Below are positions 29,936-39,237 of a stretch of 64,000 bases of DNA, piece after piece; the first letter of the stretch is position 1, and every line of letters starts with the position of its first letter. The translations under genes and the position numbers were made by a program. The notes below the pieces were generated by a model. That model did no database searches. It was not told the DNA's origin and saw only the letters and a program-made list of their open reading frames with translations. This stretch comes from an uncultured bacterium (GTDB lineage Bacteria; Babelota; Babeliae; Babelales; Babelaceae): positions 32,001 to 96,000 of the forward strand of contig CAVRKK010000001.1 of NCBI GenBank assembly GCA_963722385.1, in the 5' to 3' direction.

Positions 29936-30745
29936 ATGGCTATAATCAATAAAGTTGTATTTGCTTGCTTAATGGCTTGTTCATCATTTGTGGTTTTTCA
30001 AGCCAGAGCGATTGGCGGAACCACAGCAGCAGCGGCAATAGGAGCTGCTGGCGCTGCCTTAGAAATTTCCTTGGCAAATAATTTTCGGCCGGTAATAGGG
30101 CTTGCACATGGGCTCGGGCTCAGCAACACCGAAGCTCAAGTAGCTATAGCCTTATTTACGCCATTGCTTGCTCTCGAGGCCTATGGCAATAAATCTCTAT
30201 TCTGGGCTAAATGGGCAGCGGTTATTATTGCGGTCTCTAAGATTGTTGAGCGACAGATGAGCGCGACGCGTGGTCATATCGATCACCGGCATGTCGGCTT
30301 TATGACAGCGCTCATTGCGATAGCAGTGTACACTTTGGTGCAAAACGGCGTGAAGATCTCGGAGCAAGCGATATCTGATTTTATCGCCATGTTTTTTACG
30401 GTATTTGGCTCGCTCAAATTAATGAATTTAAAAGATTTTGCGGACCCTTTTAGCCATTACGACATTGTTGCTTCAGCCATTGTAATTCTTGCCTATGTCT
30501 ATCCCTTTATTGAGTTTGGCGTGGGCGCAGCATACTTGAGTGATCTTTGGGTCAAAACGACAAAATACGTTACGCTGGGCCTTTCTATCGAGGGTGTATT
30601 AAGTGCTCTTCGTAAATTAATAGGCGAAAGAGGCCATGGACGGGGGCATGTGCATAAAATTCTTGGTATGCCAATAGTGCCGCTTTCTGTTATTGAGACA
30701 GCGCTTATGACTGCCATGGCTTGGATTGGATGGCGCTCTGCCTGA
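29936..30745 (+). CDS. Membrane protein with a C-terminal MauE/DoxX-like domain
   Basis: FF.VFGSLKLMNLKDFAD.F..YDIVA...YVYPFIE...G motif; multiple TM segments. Confidence 0.7.
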   Translation: MAIINKVVFACLMACSSFVVFQARAIGGTTAAAAIGAAGAALEISLANNFRPVIGLAHGLGLSNTEAQVAIALFTPLLALEAYGNKSLFWAKWAAVIIAVSKIVERQMSATRGHIDHRHVGFMTALIAIAVYTLVQNGVKISEQAISDFIAMFFTVFGSLKLMNLKDFADPFSHYDIVASAIVILAYVYPFIEFGVGAAYLSDLWVKTTKYVTLGLSIEGVLSALRKLIGERGHGRGHVHKILGMPIVPLSVIETALMTAMAWIGWRSA

Positions 30746-30755
30746 TTCAGCCCTT

Positions 30756-31953
30756 TCAAGTTTTATGAGATTTGGGTTGAGTTATTACGTCGACAAGGTT
30801 GCCCGACGCTTCCCAGCCGATTAAATGGCCTTGCTTTCTTGTTTGTGTTTCGCTATCTCCATAGACGACAAAGCTATCGAGGGGATTTGCGCCTGTTAAA
30901 TCATGCCAGTAGGTAAGTCCCTTAAAAAATCTGGTGTAATCGTCATGCCTGATTTAATTTCTACGGGGTACTGGGTTGTGCCTTCATCAACGATACAGTC
31001 AATCTCATGTGCGCCTCCTTGATCGCGCCAAAAGTAAAGAGGAGGCCGTATGCCTTTATTAACGTATTGTTTGTATAGGTCAGAAATAATGAGCGATTCG
31101 AACAATGCTTCTCTGAATGGCGATAACGCCAGCGTATCAGGTGAGGTTAGTCTGAGAAGAGAACATGCAAGCCCTGTATCAAAGAAGTAAAGTTTTGGTG
31201 TCTTAACAAGCCGTTTATTAAAATTTTTGAAGTATGGCTGGAGGAGAAAAATAATATAACTTGCTTGAAGAATCGACAACCAATGTCGCATAGTTGGAAA
31301 AGATACGCCTGCTTCAGTAGCGAGGGCATCGATGTTAAGTAATTGTCCAACTCTTCCTGCACACAATTGAATAAAGCGCTGAAATGTTGATAAATTTCCT
31401 ACATTGATTAAGTGCCGTATGTCGTGCTCGATATACGATTGTATATAAGAAGGATAAAGATTTTCTGGTGCAAGATCCTCATCGTAGAGACGCGGATATC
31501 CTCCCTTAATAATGACGTCATTAATCTGGGTACTTAAAAGCTTGTTTTCGTTTAGTTCGTTGAGTGATAAGGGAAGCAAGTTAAGAATCCCAACCCTGCC
31601 AGCAAGCGATTCGGTGATTGCTTTATTAACGAGAAAGTTTTGAGAACCCGTCAAAACGAAGTATCCGGGTCTTTTTTTAACATCTACCGTTAATTTGATG
31701 TAAGTAGCGAGTTTTGGCGCGTATTGAAACTCATCGAGGATGATTCCATACTCATTTTCATATGTTTGTAAAAAATGCTCAGGGTCTTCGAGCGCAAAAG
31801 ATCTGACTGCTTCGTTATCAAGGGACAGAAATTTGTGATGGGAAAGGTTGACCTAACAAGGGTTGTTTTTCCTGCCTGTCTTGGACCCAGAAGAGCGATA
31901 ATGGGGAATTTGGCGTAGCGTAGCAGGGTTTTTGAGAGATCTCTTTTGAACAT
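30756..31953 (-). pseudogene. AAA+/DUF4143 ATPase with two frameshifts
   Basis: Paralog of 14660..15862; restoring one base at ~31840 and one at ~30925 gives a full-length ORF. Confidence 0.85.
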
Positions 31954-31982
31954 TGCCAGTTTTTTTTTGTTATTTCTAAGTT

Positions 31983-32036
31983 AAACTTAGGATCTACAGA
32001 CAAAATAGCCTTTTTTATCTTGTAGATCCTAAGTTT
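31983..32036. promoter_or_regulatory. Inverted repeat upstream of the second AAA/DUF4143 copy (operator or terminator)
   Basis: 16-bp perfect arms aaacttaggatctaca/tgtagatcctaagttt. Confidence 0.55.
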
Positions 32037-32097
32037 TGTATAGTCTAGCATAATCAAAGAGATATTGAAATGGCGGCAGCAAACGCCTTAGGCTCGT

Positions 32098-33693
32098 TCA
32101 GGAGCTCTTGCAGATATGTCCCATTCCGGTGTTTTCATGATCGAGGTCCAGAGCTTGCTTTTCACTATGACAAGAATATGGTATCGAGGATTCTGGTGCT
32201 CGGGGTGCTTCATGGAGCTCCTGCTGCCTAAAGCAGACTGATGGGTCTTCGTAAGAAGCAAAATATTTACAGAGCACTTTATCTTCAAGGTAGTTCATGA
32301 GGCTGAGCTTTATTGTTCTGAAGCCCGGGTCGATATCAGCATCAACGAGTGTGTTAATTGCGTCCTGATCTGCTTGCGTAAAATCTGCTTCACTGAGGGC
32401 AAGCGCGGCTTCTTGATGTGGCTGGAGGAGTGCAGGGTAAAGTGTTTGCCAGACAACCTTTCGTTTATACTCTTTGTCATAGGATGAAAACGGCACTATT
32501 TGCAGGCGGTTTATGAGTGCTGCATCGGTCAATTGGTTATTTCCCGTCATGATAATACCAATGTGTGAAATATCTAGCGAAATATCTAAAAAGGGGCTGT
32601 AAAACAAGCGTGTTTCAGGCTCCAACAAAGTAAGAAGAAAAGAAAGAAGATCTGCTTTTTGTGGATTCAGCAGTATACGATCAGCATCATCGATGAGCAG
32701 GATCATGTTTTTATTTTTTTCACCGCTTGGATGTGATTGAGCTATGGTATTAAGAAAGAGCCCTGGCTGTTCAGGTGAGCCGACAAATTGCTCGATCGTA
32801 AGGTCACCCAGCGAAATGGTTGCACATGGAACGCCAAGTGCTTGAGCGATAAGCTGTGCTGCTCGTGTTTTCCCCACTCCAGGAGACCCATGAAAATAAG
32901 CGACCATTTTACGTACCGATTCTTGGTTGCATGCTGCTACGTGACGAATACAGAACCTTTTGAGTTCTCGTGTTGTTGTTGGATTATAACCCTGAAGAAG
33001 CTTGTTTATTTTCTGGCTATCGTAAGAGATCTTTTTTACCTCGCGGGGAAGATTTAAAAGAAGCTTGATGGCTTGCTTCCTTTCCTTGAGAGCGATGCTT
33101 TCGTACTGATAAAGGTAGATCTCAAGGAAGTTTTTTTCTAGGACAACTTGCCATTCTAATGGTAGCTCAGGCTTAATGCGTACGTAGTCTATTTCCAACA
33201 ACGAGGTTTCGCTTTGAGTCGAGGGAGATAGATAGAGCTCTTTAATCGCTTTTGCGCAATCTTTGATTTTAAAAAAAATAGTATGTGCGCCTTCCGCAAT
33301 TAATCCCGCGATAGTTATTCCTGAAGCAAGTGCCGTTACGGTCGGTATTTTCTTAAGGCGTTTGCGGAGCGCATAAGCAGTAATTATGGGGATGAGCACC
33401 GCAGGTGTTGTCCAAAGGGCATTGCTGGCCATCATGCGGTAATGAGCAGCTAAGCGCTTTTGGTGAAAAAGTGATTCGAGCATATCTTGTTGAGCTTCAG
33501 GAGGAGCATTTTGAAATTCTTCAGTCTCAATCAGATCTGTTTGATCGTAGAGAGTTCTTCCAGCATACCTGTAAAGATACGAAAGGTCTTTTGATTCAGA
33601 ATCATCATCTGGCAAGTTTGTTCGAAATGCGTCAATATTGCAGGTGAATAAGAAGCTAACTAGAGCAAAAATGATGGTGATATTAATTTTCAT
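32098..33693 (-). CDS. Lon-like AAA+ ATPase without a protease domain, with signal peptide and TM segments
   Basis: GSPGVGKT, ILLIDDAD, F..PFLDISLDIS.I..IMTGN and LINRLQIV.F..Y..E.K motifs. Confidence 0.8.
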   Translation of the reverse strand: MKINITIIFALVSFLFTCNIDAFRTNLPDDDSESKDLSYLYRYAGRTLYDQTDLIETEEFQNAPPEAQQDMLESLFHQKRLAAHYRMMASNALWTTPAVLIPIITAYALRKRLKKIPTVTALASGITIAGLIAEGAHTIFFKIKDCAKAIKELYLSPSTQSETSLLEIDYVRIKPELPLEWQVVLEKNFLEIYLYQYESIALKERKQAIKLLLNLPREVKKISYDSQKINKLLQGYNPTTTRELKRFCIRHVAACNQESVRKMVAYFHGSPGVGKTRAAQLIAQALGVPCATISLGDLTIEQFVGSPEQPGLFLNTIAQSHPSGEKNKNMILLIDDADRILLNPQKADLLSFLLTLLEPETRLFYSPFLDISLDISHIGIIMTGNNQLTDAALINRLQIVPFSSYDKEYKRKVVWQTLYPALLQPHQEAALALSEADFTQADQDAINTLVDADIDPGFRTIKLSLMNYLEDKVLCKYFASYEDPSVCFRQQELHEAPRAPESSIPYSCHSEKQALDLDHENTGMGHICKSS

Positions 33694-33804
33694 GCTGATC
33701 TCAAAAAGTGCCGATATTAAGGTATTTTAACTCAAATTTTAGCAAAATGAAAAATATAAGCAATTATGATGATCGCGAGTGAGATCTGATTAACTATCAA
33801 AAAT

Positions 33805-33830
33805 AGGGACATGAGTTAATTCATGTCCCT
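33805..33830. terminator. Terminator-like hairpin
   Basis: agggacatga-gttaat-tcatgtccct after the stop of 33852..34370. Confidence 0.7.
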
Positions 33831-33851
33831 TTATAAACGAGAAATTTAAAT

Positions 33852-34370
33852 TTATGCAGGCCTTGTTTTTATTGCATAATGTAAGGCTACCGCAATAATT
33901 CCTGTTATTACCGCTAAGCCCCCAAGCAGGATTTGCTTTTGATAACGTACGTTATTCTGTAATTTCTCTATATTCATAGCTTTAGCTGCTACTTCAGCAA
34001 GCTTGCCTTCTAGCTTTCTGCCTTCTTTTACATATAAGATCATTTGATTGATAAAATCATCTCCCTTAAGTTTGAGGACATCATCTATTTCTTGTTCAGA
34101 TAAACCTAAGCCTGACTTATCAGCTGTATTTGCTAGCTCCTTTTGGGCTATCATGCTTTCTCTCATATCAGCTTCCAATTGGGCCTCATTCTTGACAAGT
34201 GCCGTAGCAGCTTCCGCTAAGTCCTTGAGCTTGCCTGCTTCAAGGAGCTCTTTTTGTTCGCTTTCAGATAAAGCGCTACCGCGAGATACTTGTGCCTGTA
34301 AAGAATGTGTGAAAGCAAAAGATGCAATAACAAATAATGATAATATAGTCATTTTTTTAAACATAACCAT
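33852..34370 (-). CDS. Exported helical protein with a C-terminal TM anchor
   Basis: Signal peptide; ILLGGLAVITGIIAVALHYAIK tail. Confidence 0.7.
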   Translation of the reverse strand: MVMFKKMTILSLFVIASFAFTHSLQAQVSRGSALSESEQKELLEAGKLKDLAEAATALVKNEAQLEADMRESMIAQKELANTADKSGLGLSEQEIDDVLKLKGDDFINQMILYVKEGRKLEGKLAEVAAKAMNIEKLQNNVRYQKQILLGGLAVITGIIAVALHYAIKTRPA

Positions 34371-34616
34371 CCCTTTTTGAAAAAATATTTAATATTAATA
34401 ATCTATCAATTTTTAATATAATAAATTTATAAAAGATATGTCAATTGTTTTTTGATCATGCATTTTCGTGTGAGTTGCAGGGCGATTATCTCTCGAGCTA
34501 GCCCAAGGTAGATGAGCGGGTGGCGGGCGTAAAAGATTTAGTAGGCGGTATCACCTTTCTTTTGATACAAATGAGCCAATATATTGAATTCTTCAGGAGG
34601 CCTTGGTTCAAAAAAT

Positions 34617-34733
34617 TTACATTACCATGCAGCGTTTTTGCCGTGGTTGTGAGCCGTTTTTTAGAAGCCATTGAGCAAGGGCATTTTTTTTGTTTTCGGT
34701 TGCCAAATCTATCGGACGTTTTTTACTAATTCT
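34617..34733 (-). pseudogene. Ankyrin C-terminal remnant ending in a CaaX box
   Basis: Open frame RISKKRPIDLATENKKNALAQWLLKNGSQPRQKRCMVM-stop with no start codon. Confidence 0.6.
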
Positions 34734-34959
34734 TCAGTTGATTGCGCCCGAATTAGCCTTATAACGTTAGCAATAGTACTTTCTGGTTGCTCCCAATTCT
34801 CCTTTATCAAGCAAATCAGCAATTTTTTTCTTGATGATTTTTACCTTTAAATCTCCGAGTTGGTGAATTGATAGGTCAAAGTTCTTTTTATAAAAGTCAG
34901 TCGCATCTCTTGCGGCAATTGTTATTTCGTTATCACCAAATTCTCCAAAAAAAAGTAGC

Positions 34960-36251
34960 TGAGAATTTATATGCTTTTATGATCTTGTCCCTCAACATAT
35001 CGCACACATCGGCGGCCTCTTCCCTCGTGGGAACTATACGAACAATTTTCCAATTCGGATGTCGAGCCTCTGGCTCGGGCTTTAAATGTGGTCAAGAAAT
35101 CTTTACGGATTCACATTCTCTCCAGCTGCCCAATCATCAAAATCGCAAAAATCGCAGGGATATGTTTTTCCACAAAGCTCGGCGCAGCAAGGCTCTCCAT
35201 ATTTTCTTGGTAGTTATCTAATAGCTTCGAGCGTATTTTATCCAATTCGTCTTTAGCCTGCTCTCTTGTGGGATAAGTCCCCACAATGACCCAGTTTGGG
35301 CATTTATCGCTTTCGGCATAAAGTGCATGTTTTAAATTTTGGGCGAGTGTGTCTTTTAAGGGTCCTACTGTCTTTCTTATTATCTTTGTGGGAAGTTGTT
35401 GGTTGTTGCTCAGTTCGCGGAATCTCAAACGATGTTGGCCCCGTGCCAGGCTTCTCGCCGCAGCTAGGGGATGGCCTTGGCTGCTCAGTATATGCTTTCT
35501 CGCCGCAGCTCGTTGAAGTTTCTGCTTGTTCTTGCTTTTCTCCGCAGCCTGTTGAGGAGGGCCGTTGATGCCATTCAAAATCGTAGAAAGAAGAGTAAAA
35601 TTCAGGAGGCAAGTTTGGCTTTCCCCTAATGCTCTCATATGCCTTGTAGATCCCAAACCCTATGAGGCCGGCTATCCCTATTCCGACATTCCACGCTGGT
35701 GTTGCCCCTGAACCGCCTCCCCAAAAGTAGGTCAGCTTCAACGAAGCTTTGGGCGCAAAGTTATGTACGAGAACGGCATGCCTGCCAGCAAAGAAGTTAG
35801 TATTGCCGTAAAGCTTAATCCGATAACAAAATTTCCTCATTTCGGCAAATCCGGACCCACCGCATTGTATCAGTTTTGGTGTGTCTCCTATGCAACTGAG
35901 CAGCACATCCTCGGGCGAAAGATCTTGTGCCTCAATCCACTCATTCTTGTTTGCGACAAAGAACTTCTGCTCGGGGCCGCATTCGATTTCCTCATCGCCC
36001 ACCTGCACCACGACAATTCCGATGAGTTCTTTTTCTCTTTCGACAAGCGTGCTTACGGTAACACCTTCATCGCCAAAAGAATCTACGATCTCATGATAAT
36101 CATTGTGACGTAAGACAAGATCCTCGATTTTAACGAAGCCATAGTCAGCGGTTTTAACGAGCGTGCCGCGGGCCAAGCCGTCGCCCTTTTCATCGCCAGC
36201 TATTAATGGCATGAAGAAGGCTAAGATAAACAAAAGTCTAAAATTCTTCAT
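34960..36251 (-). pseudogene. Secreted Hint-domain (polymorphic toxin-like) protein with a frameshifted C-terminal region
   Basis: Signal peptide; GLARGTLVKT..G...IEDL to NFFAG..AVLVHN Hint domain (35760..36179); CGEK repeats; C-terminus continues in other frames; 3' limit approximate. Confidence 0.75.
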
Positions 36252-36301
36252 TGAGTGTTTTTTCCCTTTACTGGTCATTTAAGTGAGTACATAGTTACGC
36301 C

Positions 36302-36655
36302 TCAAGCAGCTCTTTCTTTTTTGTAAAGAAGTTGTATGGCTTCGCCGATGAGCGCAGACTTATCAGCCTTTCTATTGCTCTGAAGGCGCTTAATATAGAT
36401 GTCGAGCAGGGCTTGATTTTCTTGCTCGGTCAAATAGTATGTCGCCTTTATTTTGCTTGTAGGCTCATTATTTTCTTGCTTTTTACCAAGCCGCTTTTTC
36501 TCTTTGCTGGCAGGCTGGCTTACTGGTATATTGGCATCCTGTTTTACCATCTCGCCACTTGACTGGCTTGCTGGCACGCTGTCTTTTGGTTGTTCATAGT
36601 CTTGGAAAGAAAGCTTTTTCTTTAAGCTGTTGCCAGCTTCATATATATTGCTCAT
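36302..36655 (-). CDS. Putative ParA-partner (ParG-like ribbon-helix-helix) protein
   Basis: Flexible N-terminus; KIKATYYLT...KSALIGEAIQLL; lies downstream of a parA remnant. Confidence 0.6.
   Translation of the reverse strand: MSNIYEAGNSLKKKLSFQDYEQPKDSVPASQSSGEMVKQDANIPVSQPASKEKKRLGKKQENNEPTSKIKATYYLTEQENQALLDIYIKRLQSNRKADKSALIGEAIQLLYKKERAA
36507..36586 (+). repeat. Ten in-phase degenerate 8-bp units (core CTGG/CTGT)
   Basis: ctggcagg ctggctta ctggtata ttggcatc ctgtttta ccatctcg ccacttga ctggcttg ctggcacg ctgtcttt. Confidence 0.6.
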
Positions 36656-37116
36656 CTCTTATCCCCTTTAGGAAAGTTTCTCTCTAATGTTTTGATCATA
36701 AGATCGTAGTATGTTGGTATCTGTTGGGCAATTTCGTCGGCGCTTATCTCATCATATTCGTGAGAAGTGTTATTTCTTGCTTCAGTCATTTTAAAAAATT
36801 GTTTGGTTTCCTCTTCATTGATCAGCCTTTGTTGAAAGCATTCCTGAAAGACCTTGCGTGATTTTGCTGAGTCTTCTAACGAATGATTAGCTTTAAGATA
36901 TGTCTTCCAAAACTTCCATGTTAGGTCATAGCAAATTTCAAAGCGTTGAATAAGCGCGTCTCGATAAATTAGATGTTTTGGTTCTTCGCTAGAGTTCTGC
37001 TCTTGATTCAAGTTGTACGGGGATATCTTTGCAATATTATCATAAGCCTTGATCACATTTTTAAGACGATTATAGGCTTTGATCAAAGTATTGTAGCGTA
37101 ACTCTAGCCCTTCCAT
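36652..37116 (-). CDS. HEPN (HI0074-like nucleotidyltransferase substrate-binding) protein
   Basis: RDALIQRFE..YDL.WK motif and Rx4H motif RNNTSHEY. Confidence 0.88.
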   Translation of the reverse strand: MEGLELRYNTLIKAYNRLKNVIKAYDNIAKISPYNLNQEQNSSEEPKHLIYRDALIQRFEICYDLTWKFWKTYLKANHSLEDSAKSRKVFQECFQQRLINEEETKQFFKMTEARNNTSHEYDEISADEIAQQIPTYYDLMIKTLERNFPKGDKR

Positions 37117-37388
37117 ACAATTCCCTCATTTAAGATGAGAGCTTTCATCTGCTCCGATACTGCACGAAGATCAACAAGATCTATTTTTTGAGGAATATAA
37201 AGAGCCTCAAGTACATTCTTCGCCTTGGCTAATTCGAATATGGATAATCTATTGCCCGCATCAACCGCTATATCAATATCTGATGTCGGCGTGAAATCTT
37301 TTCCGGCCCGTGAGCCAAAAAGATAGATTTTGACATGGGGGAAAAGCGCAGATAGAAGACTAATAATTTCGTCTTTTTCCTTGATCAT
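37104..37388 (-). CDS. Minimal nucleotidyltransferase (MNT) antitoxin
   Basis: YLFGSRA...SDIDIAV and KIDLVD motifs. Confidence 0.9.
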   Translation of the reverse strand: MIKEKDEIISLLSALFPHVKIYLFGSRAGKDFTPTSDIDIAVDAGNRLSIFELAKAKNVLEALYIPQKIDLVDLRAVSEQMKALILNEGIVWKG

Positions 37389-37410
37389 AGGAGCCCGTCC
37401 TTCTTCGTAT

Positions 37411-37465
37411 TGATATGCCAGCATAATAGCATGACAGTATACCTGTTTACTGGTATGCTGTAAAC
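37411..37465. repeat. Inverted array of 8-bp units (possible parS site or operator)
   Basis: Minus strand ctgtcatg ctattatg ctggcata; plus strand cctgttta ctggtatg ctgtaaac. Confidence 0.5.
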
Positions 37466-37517
37466 TCTTTATTCGTTTGGTTGATTGATGCGCAAAAAGC
37501 TTGGCTTTTCCTGCTAA

Positions 37518-38175
37518 TTACTTCATGTGCGAGATTGAGGTAAGCCTCTGCGCCTTTGCATTTTGGGTCAAAATCAAGGATTGATTTGCCCTGGGATTGG
37601 CCTCATTGAGCTTTATATTTTGCGGTATGGTGGTGCTAAATACTTTTTCTTGGAATGCGTCATGAACTGCTGCCAGGATTTCCCTCGCGAGCTTTGCACG
37701 GGTATCATAGAAGTTAATCAGAAGCCCCAGAATGGCTACGTAATGATCGATTAAAGGACCCATTGTTCTATTGATGAAATTCACTGTATCGATAAAAGTA
37801 TTAACTCCCTCAAGCGAAAAGTGGCCAAGCTGTATTGGTATTATTATTTCTTTTGCAGTAGTAAATACATTCATGGGCAGAGTACCGAACGTGGGCGCGC
37901 AGTCAAAAATAACAACGTCGTAGCCCTTTAATCCCTTAAGCTTATTTCTGAGTCTAAATTCTTTTGTTGGCATTATGGGATAGTTTTATCTCGGCGACAG
38001 CTAGCGAGAGATCGCTCACGCTTTCTTCACATAAAAGCTCTGCGATTGTTTGCTTGTTTTTTGTTGGTATGTTTAATCCTAGTTTCGTGTGTCCTTGCGC
38101 ATCAGTATCAACCAGAAGTACTCTGGCGCCCAAACAAACAAGCGCTGCGCCAAGATTTATTGTCGTGGTTGCTTT
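37518..38175 (-). pseudogene. parA: ParA/Soj ATPase remnant
   Basis: TTTINLGAAL..LG.RVLLVDTDAQG, YDVVIFDCAP and IPQNIKLNEA motifs; Walker A missing; frameshifts. Confidence 0.8.
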
Positions 38176-38209
38176 TTTTTATAGAAATATTATAATTGAC
38201 AATAATTAA

Positions 38210-38956
38210 ATGGGGAGCATGATGAACAACGGCCATATATCTGCCGGCATAGACGACGCTACCAAGTGCCCTTGCATAGGGAGCATTTTTGTTGCTGGTG
38301 TTGCTGCTAATGAAGAGACTATTCAAGAATGGAAAAAGCTCGGGGTCAAGGATAGTAAGCTTGTCACGCGCAAAAAAAGAGAGAGTTTAGCTGAGATTAT
38401 TAAAGGGACTGCTACTTCATATCATATTGACCAAATAACTCCATCCATGATTGATGATAAAAGCTTTAACCTCAACGAATGGGAAATGCTCGTTGTTTTT
38501 AAGATAATCAGTGCACTGAGCAAGAGCTCGCCCGCTCCTATTTATATCGACAACTGGGAGACTTCTCAAAAAGGCTTTTATGAGCGATATACATTTTTAA
38601 TGAGCGGCGAAATGAAACTTCCCGTGGCTGAAAAAAATATCAAATTATCGAGAAAATTGCTTGCCAGTGCTCCTATCATAGCTGAGCATTATGCAGATGA
38701 AAATTATACGGTCGTAGGGGCAGCTTCGATATTGGCAAAAACATCGTCAGATGCTCAATATGAACAGTATAAGAAAGAATATGGTGATTTTGGCAGTGGG
38801 AGCCCAGCTGATCCCAAAACCCGCCTTTTTGTGTGGCAGCATCGCCACAATCCGCCGCCTATTGTTCGCACAAGCTGGCAGACTTATAAAATGTTATCTC
38901 TCTTGTCACGCATCGAAGATGATCCGCTTTACGCGCGGACAAAAGGGTGCTCATAA
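38210..38956 (+). CDS. rnhB: Divergent archaeal/eukaryote-type ribonuclease HII
   Basis: AGIDDA, LGVKDSK, VGAASILAK, YGDFGSG.P.DPKT and IVR.SW.T motifs. Confidence 0.8.
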   Translation: MGSMMNNGHISAGIDDATKCPCIGSIFVAGVAANEETIQEWKKLGVKDSKLVTRKKRESLAEIIKGTATSYHIDQITPSMIDDKSFNLNEWEMLVVFKIISALSKSSPAPIYIDNWETSQKGFYERYTFLMSGEMKLPVAEKNIKLSRKLLASAPIIAEHYADENYTVVGAASILAKTSSDAQYEQYKKEYGDFGSGSPADPKTRLFVWQHRHNPPPIVRTSWQTYKMLSLLSRIEDDPLYARTKGCS

Positions 38957-39237
38957 GGGCTTCAGGCGAGAGAGTGCTTAAAATGTGGGGTAGCGTTTGC
39001 TCGATTCATGGAGTTCGTTTCTAAGAAAATTTTGCTAGTTTTATTTTTTATTATATTGACTTCTGGTAATTAGATAAATTATATTAGTATTAAACAATGT
39101 AATTTATTTAAAGATGGTTGGTATATGACAATGTTGCAATTGCGCTTGCCTAATTTTAGAGCATCAAGAAATATTGACAGTTTGTTTATGGATTGATAAT
39201 ATTATTTATAAAAAAGCAAAAGTTAGAAAGGAATTAT

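Noticed and set aside
32098..32112. C-terminal CKSS as a CaaX box
   Set aside because: The middle residues are not aliphatic and there is no basic patch
35450..35552. Spaced ~15-bp repeats as a mini CRISPR array
   Set aside because: Only three short in-frame coding repeats (CGEK), with no cas genes
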